DNA from: Bacteroidales bacterium
GTDB taxonomy: Bacteria; Bacteroidota; Bacteroidia; Bacteroidales; VadinHA17
NCBI GenBank assembly: GCA_025454755.1
Contig: JALONV010000009.1
Location: forward strand, 7,561-71,560
Length of the DNA: 64,000 nt
Direction of reading: 5' to 3'
The notes below the pieces were generated by a model, which saw nothing but the letters and a program-made list of their open reading frames with translations, ran no database searches and was not told where the DNA came from. The position numbers and the translations under genes were made by a program. Shown here one piece after another: positions 47,827-57,464 of this stretch; the stretch's first letter is position 1; each line of letters starts with the position of its first letter.

Positions 47827-48909
47827 TTACCAGCGGTTTCCACTGTAAACTGCTTTCGAAACAACCCTTAATATATAATAAGTATATAAGAACTGCGAAG
47901 GTATAAACCACCGCATCAGTTTTTTTCTTCCGTATCTGGAGGTTGTGTTTCGAAGGATCAAATAATCCGGGATCGACTTTAATCCAAATGCAACAAGAAA
48001 TACCAGCAGGAAAACAGGATAAAAGATCCCTGCCACAAGCAACGCCGTTAACATTAAAATTGTAACAAATGTTACAAATGCAAGAAGGACAGTTAAGCTG
48101 TCGCTATACGATCCGGCCTTGGATATCCATCGTGCCCTCTGGCTTATAAATGACGACCAGGTCTCCGATGTACAGGTCGTTACAAGAGCATCGGTTGATT
48201 CAAGCCAAATGATCTTACTGCTCTTATTCTCCTTCAGGTTGTGAAGAAGGAAAATATCATCGCCGCTGACTTTATCTTCATGCAGATCGAGGGAGTGGTT
48301 TTTATAAGCCTCCTTTGTATATGCCAGGTTAGCTCCGTTGCACATTACGGGATCTCCTATAGCTGCAGTTCCGGCAGTGACTCCCTGCAAACTCAGGAAT
48401 TCAAGTTCCTGGAATCGCTGAAAAAATCCTCTGTCTCCTTTTAAGGCAACCGGCCCGATTATCATGTCAGGTTTATTTTCGGAGTAGTATGAAACAATTG
48501 TCTTTAACCAGTTTTTGCCCGGTCTGCAGTCAGCATCTGTCGTAACCACAAGTTCTCCTGAGCCGACACCGATGCCTGATTTAATTGCAATTTTTTTCCC
48601 TGTCCCTGGGTTTTTGATGACTTTCAGATTCCTGATTCCGCCATAGTCTGATGCTATGTTAAATGTTGAGTCGGTGGAATTGTCATCAATTATGATCAGT
48701 TCAAGCTTATCGGGATTATAATCCTGCGAAGCAATACCTGAAAGGAGTGAAGTAATGTTCTTTTCTTCATTGCGGCATGCAACTATCACTGAAACAGAAA
48801 TATCCGGTGTTGATTGTGGTTTAAAGGATTTGATCCTGACAAGACCTGCGTATATCCTGATCAGGATATACAGATAAGGAAGAAGTAATATCAAGGCAAG
48901 CCATTGCAT
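47827..48909 (-). CDS. GT2 membrane glycosyltransferase
   Basis: DDNSTD, TTDAD, CNGAN, SGDD, QRARW. Confidence 0.9.
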   Translation of the reverse strand: MQWLALILLLPYLYILIRIYAGLVRIKSFKPQSTPDISVSVIVACRNEEKNITSLLSGIASQDYNPDKLELIIIDDNSTDSTFNIASDYGGIRNLKVIKNPGTGKKIAIKSGIGVGSGELVVTTDADCRPGKNWLKTIVSYYSENKPDMIIGPVALKGDRGFFQRFQELEFLSLQGVTAGTAAIGDPVMCNGANLAYTKEAYKNHSLDLHEDKVSGDDIFLLHNLKENKSSKIIWLESTDALVTTCTSETWSSFISQRARWISKAGSYSDSLTVLLAFVTFVTILMLTALLVAGIFYPVFLLVFLVAFGLKSIPDYLILRNTTSRYGRKKLMRWFIPSQFLYTYYILRVVSKAVYSGNRW

Positions 48910-48912
48910 AGA

Positions 48913-49362
48913 TCATTTCCTCATCCATTCATAAAAGTTGTAATGTTCTGAACTCATTCCCAGTGCCTCGTAGGTCTTCTGCGCTCTTATGTTTTTTGTT
49001 TCAACATAAAGTCTCAGTCCGGCAATATCCTGTTCTTCGGCCAGCTGTCTGATATGATTGTACATTTTCCTGAATACTCCCTTTCTGCGGAATTCAGGTA
49101 CGACATAAACTGACTGAAACCACCATACGCTGCAATTACGCCAGTCGCTCCATTCAAAGGTAATGAGCAGGGAAGCAATTATGCGGCTATTGTCTTCAGC
49201 CACATAATATTGACCGCGGGAATGGTCTTCAAAAACTGCCTGAACGCCCTCCGTTACTATTTCAGGTATAAGCTTCATCTCTTCTGTTTCCCATGCCATT
49301 TTCAGCTGGAAATCGATGATCGATGTAGCATCTGTTGATTTTGCTTTACGGATAAAGATCAT
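48913..49362 (-). CDS. GNAT N-acetyltransferase
   Basis: QSVYV.PEFRRKGVF, RLYVE..N.RAQ.TY..LGM. Confidence 0.9.
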   Translation of the reverse strand: MIFIRKAKSTDATSIIDFQLKMAWETEEMKLIPEIVTEGVQAVFEDHSRGQYYVAEDNSRIIASLLITFEWSDWRNCSVWWFQSVYVVPEFRRKGVFRKMYNHIRQLAEEQDIAGLRLYVETKNIRAQKTYEALGMSSEHYNFYEWMRK

Positions 49363-49385
49363 ATATTAATATTTTAAAATCTCTT

Positions 49386-49428
49386 TTTAACCACGGATTA
49401 CACGGGTCTCACGGAAATGTCACGGAGA
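49386..49428 (+). repeat. Degenerate CACGG-core short repeat, 4 units
   Basis: CACGG at 49392, 49401, 49410 and 49421, preceded by TTTAAC. Confidence 0.6.
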
Positions 49429-49443
49429 AATATCTCCCCATTT

Positions 49444-49611
49444 TGCCCTCACACCCTCTCGCCCTCACGCCCTCTCGCCCTCACGCCCTCTCGCCCTCAC
49501 GCCCTCTCGCCCTCACGCCCTCACGCCCTCACGCCCTCACACCCTCTCGCCCTCACGCCCTCACGCCCTCTCGCCCTCACACCCTCTCGCCCTCACGCCC
49601 TCTCGCCCTCA
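49444..49611 (+). repeat. Octamer tandem repeat C(G/A)CCCTC(A/T), 21 units
   Basis: 168 bp parsed into 21 consecutive 8-bp units, ending 3 nt from the carB stop codon. Confidence 0.97.
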
Positions 49612-49614
49612 TTC

Positions 49615-52600
49615 TTATTTATATTCATCCCAGCTTTTAATCGCCAACTGATCCTCGCTCATCCTGCAGAAGGCAAGGATAAAGGCGCTGGCGAGCCGGG
49701 CATTTGTTATCAGAGGAACATTAAAATCGACTGCGCTCCTGCGGATCGAATAATCGTTGTTGAGCTCTGCATCGGAAAGATCTTTCGGGATATTTACCAC
49801 CAGATCAACTTCGCGGGACTTTATAAGCTCAATTGTGTTGGGCGATTTATCTTCGTCAGGCCAGTATGCCACTTCGGCTTCGACACCCGCATTCTGAAGG
49901 AATTGCTGAGTTCCTCTTGTGGCATAGAGCTTATGTCCCCTGTCCCTTAATGCTTTTGCGCTGTTGAGAAGTTCCACCTTGGAACGTGCTGGCCCTGTTG
50001 AAAGAAGGATGCTTTTTTTTGGCACCCTGTATCCGACCGAGAACATAGCCTTCAGAATTGCCTCATAAAATCCTTCACCTATGCACCCCACTTCTCCTGT
50101 AGATGACATATCAACACCGAGGACGGGATCGGCCTTTGCAAGTCGCGAAAAGCTGAATTGCGGCGCCTTCACGCCAACATAGTCAAGCTCAAAAACCGAC
50201 TTATGCGGTTTCTCTGCCGGCATGCCAAGCATTACTTTTGTCGCAAGTTCTATCAGATTGGATTTAAGAACTTTAGAAACGAAAGGCATGCTCCGGCTTG
50301 CCCGAAGATTACACTCAATCACTTTTATATCATTATCCCTTGCCAGGTACTGGATATTGAACGGACCGGTAATGTTAAGCTCTTTTGCGATCTGACGCGA
50401 GATACGCTTTATACGCCTTACGGTCTCAAAATAGATCTTCTGGGGCGGGAAAACTATAGTTGCATCGCCTGAATGAACGCCTGCAAACTCGACATGTTCG
50501 CTAATTGCATAGGCAAGGATTTCTCCTTCACGTGCTACGGCATCAACCTCAATCTCTTTTGCATTTTCAATGAATTCGGAGACAACCACAGGGTACTGTT
50601 TTGAAACCTTGGCAGCAAGCTCGAGGTAATGAGTAAGCTCACTCTTGTTGGATACCACGTTCATTGCGGCACCGGAGAGAACATATGAAGGACGTATAAG
50701 AACCGGAAAGCCTATCCTGTCGACAAACTCAAAGATATCTTCTATTGCGGAGAGCTCTTTCCAGCGTGGCTGGTCGACTGAGAGATTGTCGAGCATCTTT
50801 GAGAATTTATGCCTGTTCTCAGCCCTGTCTATCGAGAGAGGCGATGTGCCCAGCACCGGAACATTCTCCCTGAAGAGCCTCAATGCAAGGTTGTTGGGGA
50901 TCTGTCCGCCAACCGAAACAATAACTCCACCGGGATTTTCCAGGTCGATAATGTCAAGCACCCTTTCGAATGTGAGCTCATCGAAATAGAGCCTGTCGCA
51001 TGTGTCATAATCGGTGCTGACAGTTTCCGGATTGTAGTTGATCATTATTGCCCTGAGTCCTTGTTTCCTGATCGTCTCAATTGCATTTACCGAGCACCAG
51101 TCGAATTCAACACTGGAACCTATTCTGTATGCCCCTGAGCCTAGAACGATTATCGATTTCTTGTCTTTCTCAAATCTGATATCATGTTCGGTGCCGCTGT
51201 AAGTCAGGTACAGATAATTGGTCACAGCAGGATATTCGGCTGCAAGGGTGTCTATCTGTTTCACATAAGGGACGATGCCCAGCATTTTTCTATGCTCCCT
51301 TACTTTTAAAAGATCTTCGTTGATATTTGCCGGACCTGATCCCATCACATGCCTGGCTATCTGGAAGTCGCTGAATCCGTTTACTTTAGAATGAGCCAGA
51401 AGATCAGCAGGAATAGTATTAAGGGATTTGTACTTACATAATTCATCCTTTATATTTATTATATTCCTGAGCTTGAAAAGGAACCATTTATCAATTTTAG
51501 TCAATTCATGGATCCTGTCGACAGAGATGCCTTTATCCAGGGCTTCAGCTATGGAAAAGATCCTCATGTCGGTGGGTTCTGCAAGCTCTTCTTCGATCTC
51601 CCTGAATTTCAATTCCCTGTTGCCGGTGAATCCGTGCATGCCCTGTCCGATCATCCTGAGACCCTTCTGGATAGCCTCTTCGAAATTTCTTCCTATGGAC
51701 ATCACCTCTCCGACACTTTTCATGCTGCTTCCAATTGCATGTGATACACCTTCGAATTTGTTAAGGTCCCAGCGTGGTATTTTGCATACTATATAATCAA
51801 GTGCCGGTTCGAAGCATGCAGTAGTGGTTTTTGTGACCGAGTTCTTCAGTTCATGGAGGCCATAACCTATGCCGAGCTTTGCAGCAATGAAAGCAAGAGG
51901 ATAGCCGGTTGCTTTAGATGCCAGCGCACTCGACCGGGAAAGCCTTGCATTGACTTCAATGACCCGGTACTCTGCCGAATCGGGAGAGAGGGCATACTGA
52001 ACATTGCATTCTCCGACAATGCCAATATGCCTGATGATCCTTATTGAGAGTTCCCTCAGTTCATGGTATTCACTATTCGTAAGAGTCTGAGAAGGAGCAA
52101 CGACGATGCTCTCGCCGGTATGAATACCCAGAGGATCGAAGTTTTCCATGTTACACACGGTGATGCAATTGTCATATTTATCGCGAACCACCTCGTATTC
52201 AACCTCTTTCCATCCTTTGAGAGATTCTTCAACAAGTATCTGGTCAGTATAGGAGAATGCTTTTGCAGCCAGTGTTTTAAGTTCAATTATGTCTGAAGCA
52301 AATCCGCTTCCCTGGCCTCCAAGAGTGTATGCAGCCCTTATGATCACCGGGAAACCCAGATTTTTTGCAGCTTCGAGTGCTTCGTCAACACCCTGAGCGG
52401 CAATGCTTCGGGGCGTTTTTATATTTATCTGGTCAAGTTTTTTTACAAAAAGCTTGCGATCCTCAGTGTCCATAATTGCAGCGACAGGTGTCCCCAGCAC
52501 CTTCACTTTGTATTTTTCAAATACACCTGCCCTGAATAACTCTGTGCCACAGTTCAAAGCTGTCTGTCCGCCAAAGGAGAGAAGAATGCCATCAGGTCTC

Positions 52601-52836
52601 TCTTTTTCTATGATTTTTTCAACATAATAAGGAGTGACCGGAAGAAAGTATATTCTGCCAGCAAGTTCCTCGGAAGTTTGTACTGTAGCGATATTAGGAT
52701 TAATAAGGACTGTTTTTATTCCCTCCTCTTTCAGGGCTTTAAGAGCCTGTGATCCTGAATAATCGAATTCTCCGGCTTCACCTATTTTGAGAGCTCCGGA
52801 TCCCAGGATCACCACCTTTTTTAACTTATCTGTCAT
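49615..52836 (-). CDS. carB: Carbamoyl-phosphate synthase large subunit
   Basis: GSGALKIGEAGEFDYSG, GIHTGES, IEVNARLSRSSALASKATG, duplicated ATP-grasp, MGS domain. Confidence 0.97.
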   Translation of the reverse strand: MTDKLKKVVILGSGALKIGEAGEFDYSGSQALKALKEEGIKTVLINPNIATVQTSEELAGRIYFLPVTPYYVEKIIEKERPDGILLSFGGQTALNCGTELFRAGVFEKYKVKVLGTPVAAIMDTEDRKLFVKKLDQINIKTPRSIAAQGVDEALEAAKNLGFPVIIRAAYTLGGQGSGFASDIIELKTLAAKAFSYTDQILVEESLKGWKEVEYEVVRDKYDNCITVCNMENFDPLGIHTGESIVVAPSQTLTNSEYHELRELSIRIIRHIGIVGECNVQYALSPDSAEYRVIEVNARLSRSSALASKATGYPLAFIAAKLGIGYGLHELKNSVTKTTTACFEPALDYIVCKIPRWDLNKFEGVSHAIGSSMKSVGEVMSIGRNFEEAIQKGLRMIGQGMHGFTGNRELKFREIEEELAEPTDMRIFSIAEALDKGISVDRIHELTKIDKWFLFKLRNIINIKDELCKYKSLNTIPADLLAHSKVNGFSDFQIARHVMGSGPANINEDLLKVREHRKMLGIVPYVKQIDTLAAEYPAVTNYLYLTYSGTEHDIRFEKDKKSIIVLGSGAYRIGSSVEFDWCSVNAIETIRKQGLRAIMINYNPETVSTDYDTCDRLYFDELTFERVLDIIDLENPGGVIVSVGGQIPNNLALRLFRENVPVLGTSPLSIDRAENRHKFSKMLDNLSVDQPRWKELSAIEDIFEFVDRIGFPVLIRPSYVLSGAAMNVVSNKSELTHYLELAAKVSKQYPVVVSEFIENAKEIEVDAVAREGEILAYAISEHVEFAGVHSGDATIVFPPQKIYFETVRRIKRISRQIAKELNITGPFNIQYLARDNDIKVIECNLRASRSMPFVSKVLKSNLIELATKVMLGMPAEKPHKSVFELDYVGVKAPQFSFSRLAKADPVLGVDMSSTGEVGCIGEGFYEAILKAMFSVGYRVPKKSILLSTGPARSKVELLNSAKALRDRGHKLYATRGTQQFLQNAGVEAEVAYWPDEDKSPNTIELIKSREVDLVVNIPKDLSDAELNNDYSIRRSAVDFNVPLITNARLASAFILAFCRMSEDQLAIKSWDEYK

Positions 52837-52896
52837 CTGCAGGATTTGGTGTCAAAAATAGCACAAATATTTTATCGTGACTTGCAATTAATAAAA

Positions 52897-52935
52897 AATG
52901 AATATATTTGCAAAATAAATGAATAAATATGCAAA
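52897..52935. promoter_or_regulatory. Tandem ARG boxes (ArgR operator)
   Basis: AATGAATATATTTGCAAA-ata-AATGAATAAATATGCAAA: two 18-bp boxes with a 3-bp spacer, overlapping the TATATTTG -7 box and the argR ATG. Confidence 0.85.
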
Positions 52936-53408
52936 AAGCAAAAAGACTTCCTGCAATTGAAAAGATTATTACCGGGGAGATCATTTCATCTCAGGAAGCA
53001 CTTCTTAAGAAGCTCAGGTCAAAAGGGATAGCCTGCACTCAGGCAACATTATCCCGAGACCTGCGGCAGCTTGGGGCCGGCAGGATTTCTGACGGCCAGG
53101 GAGGCTATAAGTATGCCCTGCCGGAAAGTCCGGCAGATCTCCAGCCGGATTATAGCAGATTACAGATGCTCCCGGTAATACGGGATCTTGTCGACGCAAA
53201 AGGCTTGCTGGTAATAAGGACACTTCCCGGAAATGCAAACAATACGGCAATCTATATAGATAACACATTAAGATTTGAAATTGCCGGAACAATTGCAGGT
53301 GATGATACAATACTGGTGATACCACGCGACGGAATCACAAACAACCAGGTTCATACATGCCTGGAACTGATTTTACCGGGATTACATGAAAAGATAAAAG
53401 GTAAATAA
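52929..53408 (+). CDS. argR: Arginine repressor
   Basis: SQEAL...TQATLSRDL, TLPGNA, IAGTIAGDDT. Confidence 0.95.
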   Translation: MQKAKRLPAIEKIITGEIISSQEALLKKLRSKGIACTQATLSRDLRQLGAGRISDGQGGYKYALPESPADLQPDYSRLQMLPVIRDLVDAKGLLVIRTLPGNANNTAIYIDNTLRFEIAGTIAGDDTILVIPRDGITNNQVHTCLELILPGLHEKIKGK

Positions 53409-53417
53409 GAGACCAGA

Positions 53418-53504
53418 TACCCCCTTTCCTTTTTTTCTCAAGGGGGACCCCTTCCCCCGTGGGGGAAAGCCTGCCCCGCTTCGGCGGGGGCTGGGATGGG
53501 GGTA
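53418..53504. repeat. Nested C/G-rich REP-like palindromes
   Basis: ATACCCCC...GGGGGTAT outer pair enclosing TTCCCCCGTGGGGGAA and CCCCGCTTCGGCGGGG hairpins. Confidence 0.75.
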
Positions 53505-53547
53505 TTAAGAAATAAGAAAGTAACAATTTAAACAAAAATTTAAAAAG

Positions 53548-54780
53548 ATGAAAGAAAAAGTAGTGCTGGCATACAGTGGGGGGCTTGATACTTCAGTGAT
53601 TCTCAAATGGCTTATCGACAAGGACTATGATGTGATAGCATTCATTGCAGACGTTGGCCAGAAGGAGAATTTTGAAGAGTGCAGAAAGAAAGCTCTGGCA
53701 TTGGGAGCAACAAAAGTCATTATCGCCGACCTGAAGAGGGAGTTCGTTGAAGATTATGTTCTCAAGGCAATAATGGCAAATGCCATCTATGAAGACAGGT
53801 ACCTGCTGGGTACGGCACTCGCAAGGCCTCTGATTGCAAAGAAACAGATTGAGGCTGCCAAACAGGAAGGTGCACTTGCTGTGGCACACGGAGCAACCGG
53901 AAAAGGCAACGACCAGGTTAGATTCGAGCTCTGCTATTATGCACTTATGCCTGGTGTGAAAGTGATATCTCCATGGAAAGACAAGGAGTTCCTTGCACAG
54001 TTCAAGGGGCGGACCGACCTTCTGAAATATGCAGCTGAAAAGAATATTCCGGTTAAAGCAAGCATTGATAAGCCTTACAGTGAAGATGATAACCTCATGC
54101 ATATCAGTCACGAAGCCGGTATACTTGAAGATCCCATGTACACTCTCCAGAAAAGCATGCTCGAGAAAATGGTAATGCCGCAGGATGCACCCGACATTGA
54201 AACAAGAATTGTGATACATTTTAAGAACGGGCTTCCGGTAAAGCTTATAAATAAGGAAGACGGTACTCTTAAGGAAGATGCATATGATATGTATGTATAT
54301 CTGAATGAACTGGCTGGTAAGAATGGCATAGGCCTGCTCGACATGGTCGAGAACAGATTCGTGGGCATTAAATCGAGAGGCGTTTATGAAACACCGGCTG
54401 CAACTGTTCTTCACATTGCCCACAAGGATATCGAAGGTATCGCAATGGACCGTGAAGTAATGAGACTCGTAAACATGCTCACCCCGAAATTTGCAGAAAT
54501 AATCTATAATGGTTTCTGGTTCAGCCCTGAAATGGACTTCCTTATGGCCGCAATCGGAAAGAGCCAGGAACTGATCGATGGGAGTGTTCATCTGTGCCTC
54601 TATAAGGGAAATGTGATTGTGGAGGGACGCGAATCGCCTTCTTCATTGTATAACAAGAAGCTTTCGAGCATGGATATTGAAGGGGGCTTTGATCAGACCG
54701 ACAGCAGGGGATTCATCAGGATCAATGCAATAAGACTTATGGCTCACAGGGCAATTGTGGAAGAGAGTAAGGAAAGGTAG
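53548..54780 (+). CDS. argG: Argininosuccinate synthase
   Basis: [50 protein letters not shown]. Confidence 0.98.
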   Translation: MKEKVVLAYSGGLDTSVILKWLIDKDYDVIAFIADVGQKENFEECRKKALALGATKVIIADLKREFVEDYVLKAIMANAIYEDRYLLGTALARPLIAKKQIEAAKQEGALAVAHGATGKGNDQVRFELCYYALMPGVKVISPWKDKEFLAQFKGRTDLLKYAAEKNIPVKASIDKPYSEDDNLMHISHEAGILEDPMYTLQKSMLEKMVMPQDAPDIETRIVIHFKNGLPVKLINKEDGTLKEDAYDMYVYLNELAGKNGIGLLDMVENRFVGIKSRGVYETPAATVLHIAHKDIEGIAMDREVMRLVNMLTPKFAEIIYNGFWFSPEMDFLMAAIGKSQELIDGSVHLCLYKGNVIVEGRESPSSLYNKKLSSMDIEGGFDQTDSRGFIRINAIRLMAHRAIVEESKER

Positions 54781-54787
54781 ATAACTA

Positions 54788-54900
54788 GCCCCCCAACCCC
54801 CCTAAAGGGGGGCTAATACTCATCTAATTATGTAAAAAACAAGCTTTTAACACTTAATTAATCCCCCTTTAGGGGGAAGGACGCGAAGCGACCAGGGGGC
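54788..54900. repeat. REPIN-like pair of inverted CCCCCTAAAGGGGG palindromes
   Basis: GCCCCCCAACCCCCCTAAAGGGGGGC ... CCCCCTTTAGGGGGAAGGACGCGAAGCGACCAGGGGGC; same family as 32831..32922. Confidence 0.85.
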
Positions 54901-54938
54901 ATTATAATGGAATTGGATTTATAATTTAATATATCGTT

Positions 54939-56279
54939 ATGAAACTCTGGGAAAAAGGTATCAATCCCGAACCTGCAATAATCGAGTTTACTGCGGGCAA
55001 AGACAGGAAAACAGATCTTCATCTTACAAAATGGGACATTGTCGGATCAATGGCTCATGTGATAATGCTTAATGATGTGGGACTTATCCTGGAAGAGGAG
55101 AGAAATGACATGCTTAAAGCGCTTCATTCCCTTTTCGTATGGGATGAAGAAGGGAGCCTGGTTATCGAGAAGGATGTGGAGGATATCCATTCCCAGATCG
55201 AAAAAGAGATGGCATCAATCCTGGGAACAACCGGCAAGAAGATCCATACAGGAAGGTCGAGGAACGACCAGGTTCTTGTCGACATCAGGCTTTATACAAG
55301 GGAAGAGATCGACAAGCTCGCAGATCTTATAAACAGTCTTTTTACACGATTGCAGTCGCTCAGCGACCAGTATAAGGATGTACTTCTGCCCGGCTACACA
55401 CATATGCAGCCGGCAATGGTTTCATCCTTTGGATTATGGTTTGGTGCTTATGCCGAATGTTTGTCCGACGACCTGCTGCTTCTTTCAACAGCAAGGGCAC
55501 TGAATAATAAAAATCCTCTCGGAACAGCAGCCGGCTTCGGAACCACACTGCCATTAAACAGAAAACTGACATCGGAGCTGCTTGAATTTGATGATCTTCT
55601 TTACAACTCTGCTTACGCCAGCCTGAGCAGGGGCAAGGTGGAAATGGCCATTGCTTCTGCGCTGGCCTCAGTAGCCCAGACACTTTCGAGATTCTCAATG
55701 GATATCTGCCTGTATATGACTGCGGAATTCAGGTTCATCGACTTCCCCGACGAATACATCACGGGATCCAGCATAATGCCACAGAAAAGAAATCCGGATG
55801 TTTTCGAACTTATCAGGGGCAGATCAAATGTGATCCAGACTCTGCCGAATGAAATAGCAATGCTGACATCAAATCTTCCTTCAGGCTATAACCGTGATCT
55901 TCAGCTGCTTAAACAGGTTGTCTTTGATTCCTTCGACGAGATGAAAGAATGCATTGAGATCATGCTGTTAATGCTGAATAACATTAAGGTGAAAAAAAAC
56001 ATTGCCGAAAATCCACTCTACAACACGATTTTCAGCACCGAAGAAGTTAACAGGCTCGTAAAGCAGGGCATACCATTCAGGGATGCCTATAAGGCAGTTT
56101 CAGAAATGGTAAAGGGTTCATCTTTCTCCAGGACATCGGTTAATGATTATGTTCATGAGGGAAGTATCGGCAATCTGTGCAACGAAGAGATTGCTGCCAT
56201 CTTTAATGAAAGGATGAAATTCTTCAAGAATAAGTCAGCTGCAGAAATGGCTGAGAAGATGATGGGGTATGTTAAATAG
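54939..56279 (+). CDS. argH: Argininosuccinate lyase
   Basis: HTGRSRNDQV, PGYTHMQ.A, GSSIMPQKRNPD, GIPFRDAY. Confidence 0.97.
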   Translation: MKLWEKGINPEPAIIEFTAGKDRKTDLHLTKWDIVGSMAHVIMLNDVGLILEEERNDMLKALHSLFVWDEEGSLVIEKDVEDIHSQIEKEMASILGTTGKKIHTGRSRNDQVLVDIRLYTREEIDKLADLINSLFTRLQSLSDQYKDVLLPGYTHMQPAMVSSFGLWFGAYAECLSDDLLLLSTARALNNKNPLGTAAGFGTTLPLNRKLTSELLEFDDLLYNSAYASLSRGKVEMAIASALASVAQTLSRFSMDICLYMTAEFRFIDFPDEYITGSSIMPQKRNPDVFELIRGRSNVIQTLPNEIAMLTSNLPSGYNRDLQLLKQVVFDSFDEMKECIEIMLLMLNNIKVKKNIAENPLYNTIFSTEEVNRLVKQGIPFRDAYKAVSEMVKGSSFSRTSVNDYVHEGSIGNLCNEEIAAIFNERMKFFKNKSAAEMAEKMMGYVK

Positions 56280-56281
56280 AC

Positions 56282-56329
56282 AACCCCCCCTTTTAGGGGG
56301 CGAGCCACGCGTCAGCGTGGCTGGGGGTT
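56282..56329. repeat. Single REP-like palindrome between convergent argH and carA (may also act as terminator)
   Basis: CCCCCCCTTTTAGGGGG followed by AGCCACGC-gtca-GCGTGGCT and GGGGGTT. Confidence 0.75.
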
Positions 56330-57405
56330 TATTGCCTTTTAATATTCTCAATAAATTCATCAAACAAATAATCCGTATCAGTCGGACCACCAGAGGCTTC
56401 AGGATGAAACTGTGTTGAGAAGAAAGGTTTTGTCTTATGTTTCATCCCTTCATTTGTCTTGTCATTTATGTTTATGAAAAGAGGATCCCACTCCTTGCCA
56501 AGAGTTGTATTATCGACTGCAAAACCATGGTTCTGTGAAGTGATGTATGCTTTATTGGTCCCAACCTGGATAACAGGCTGGTTATGGCTGCGATGACCGT
56601 ATTTGAGCTTGTAGGTATCAGCGCCGGAAGCAAGGGCCATAAGCTGGTTTCCCAGACAAATACCGAAGACAGGCTTTTCTTTTTCAAAGGAGTTCCTGAT
56701 GTTTTCAATTGTTGCCATGCACATCTTCGGATCGCCGGGACCGTTTGAAAGAAAGAGCCCGTCAAACTCTTCCCGGTGATAATCATAATCCCATGGAACC
56801 CTTATAATGGTGGTATCCCGCTTCAGGAGGTTCCTTATAATATTGTATTTAACACCGCAGTCGACAAGCACGATTCTGTATTTCCCGTTTCCGTAAGTCT
56901 TCTTTTCGCGGGTGCTGACTTCGGCAACCAGGTTTACCTTGTTGGGATCGTAGAAAGAAACCTCTTCTCCTTCAGGTTCAACTTTGCCAAGCATCGCTCC
57001 CTTTTCACGAATTCTTTTGGTGAGCGCCCGTGTATCGATTCCATATACTCCGGGGACCTTGTTCCTTTTAAGCCATTCGTCAAGACTTTCGGTTGCGTTC
57101 CAGTGGCTGTACTCGAAAGAATAATCTGATACTATAAGTGCTGAAATATGTATAGAGGATGATTCATAGAACCGGTAAAGATCATTTTCCTCACTTTTTG
57201 CAGGTGCTCCATAATTGCCCACCAGCGGATAGGTAAGACAAAGTATCTGTCCGCGGTATGAAGGATCAGTGAGACTTTCAGGGTAGCCGGTCATAGCCGT
57301 ATTGAATACAACCTCGCCTGCTACAGCCACAGTTGCGCCAAATGATTTTCCATAGTAGACTGTTCCGTCTTCAAGTGTCAGCTTAACCTTGATCTTTTCT
57401 TTCAT
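56329..57405 (-). CDS. carA: Carbamoyl-phosphate synthase small subunit
   Basis: GEVVFNTAMTGY.ESLTDPSY, SNGPGDP, GICLG, SQNHGF, QFHPEA. Confidence 0.97.
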   Translation of the reverse strand: MKEKIKVKLTLEDGTVYYGKSFGATVAVAGEVVFNTAMTGYPESLTDPSYRGQILCLTYPLVGNYGAPAKSEENDLYRFYESSSIHISALIVSDYSFEYSHWNATESLDEWLKRNKVPGVYGIDTRALTKRIREKGAMLGKVEPEGEEVSFYDPNKVNLVAEVSTREKKTYGNGKYRIVLVDCGVKYNIIRNLLKRDTTIIRVPWDYDYHREEFDGLFLSNGPGDPKMCMATIENIRNSFEKEKPVFGICLGNQLMALASGADTYKLKYGHRSHNQPVIQVGTNKAYITSQNHGFAVDNTTLGKEWDPLFININDKTNEGMKHKTKPFFSTQFHPEASGGPTDTDYLFDEFIENIKRQ

Positions 57406-57429
57406 AAGTTCATAGTTCTGAATTCGAAT

Positions 57430-57461
57430 GCTTTGCCATCCATAGCTTTAGCGAAGGATGG
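57430..57461. repeat. Small hairpin REP-like element (AGCTTTAGCGAAGG core)
   Basis: GCTTTG-CCATCC-atagctttagcgaa-GGATGG; second copy at 30455..30487. Confidence 0.7.
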
Positions 57462-57464
57462 TTC

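Noticed and set aside
49417-49950. 177-aa and 65-aa ORFs with PSRPHALT repeats
   Set aside because: Translation of the octamer repeat, and antisense overlap with carB.
53593-54591. 332-aa antisense ORF opposite argG
   Set aside because: Shadow frame of a conserved gene with no recognisable motif; the other antisense ORFs in comM, glgP, clpX and carB were rejected likewise.
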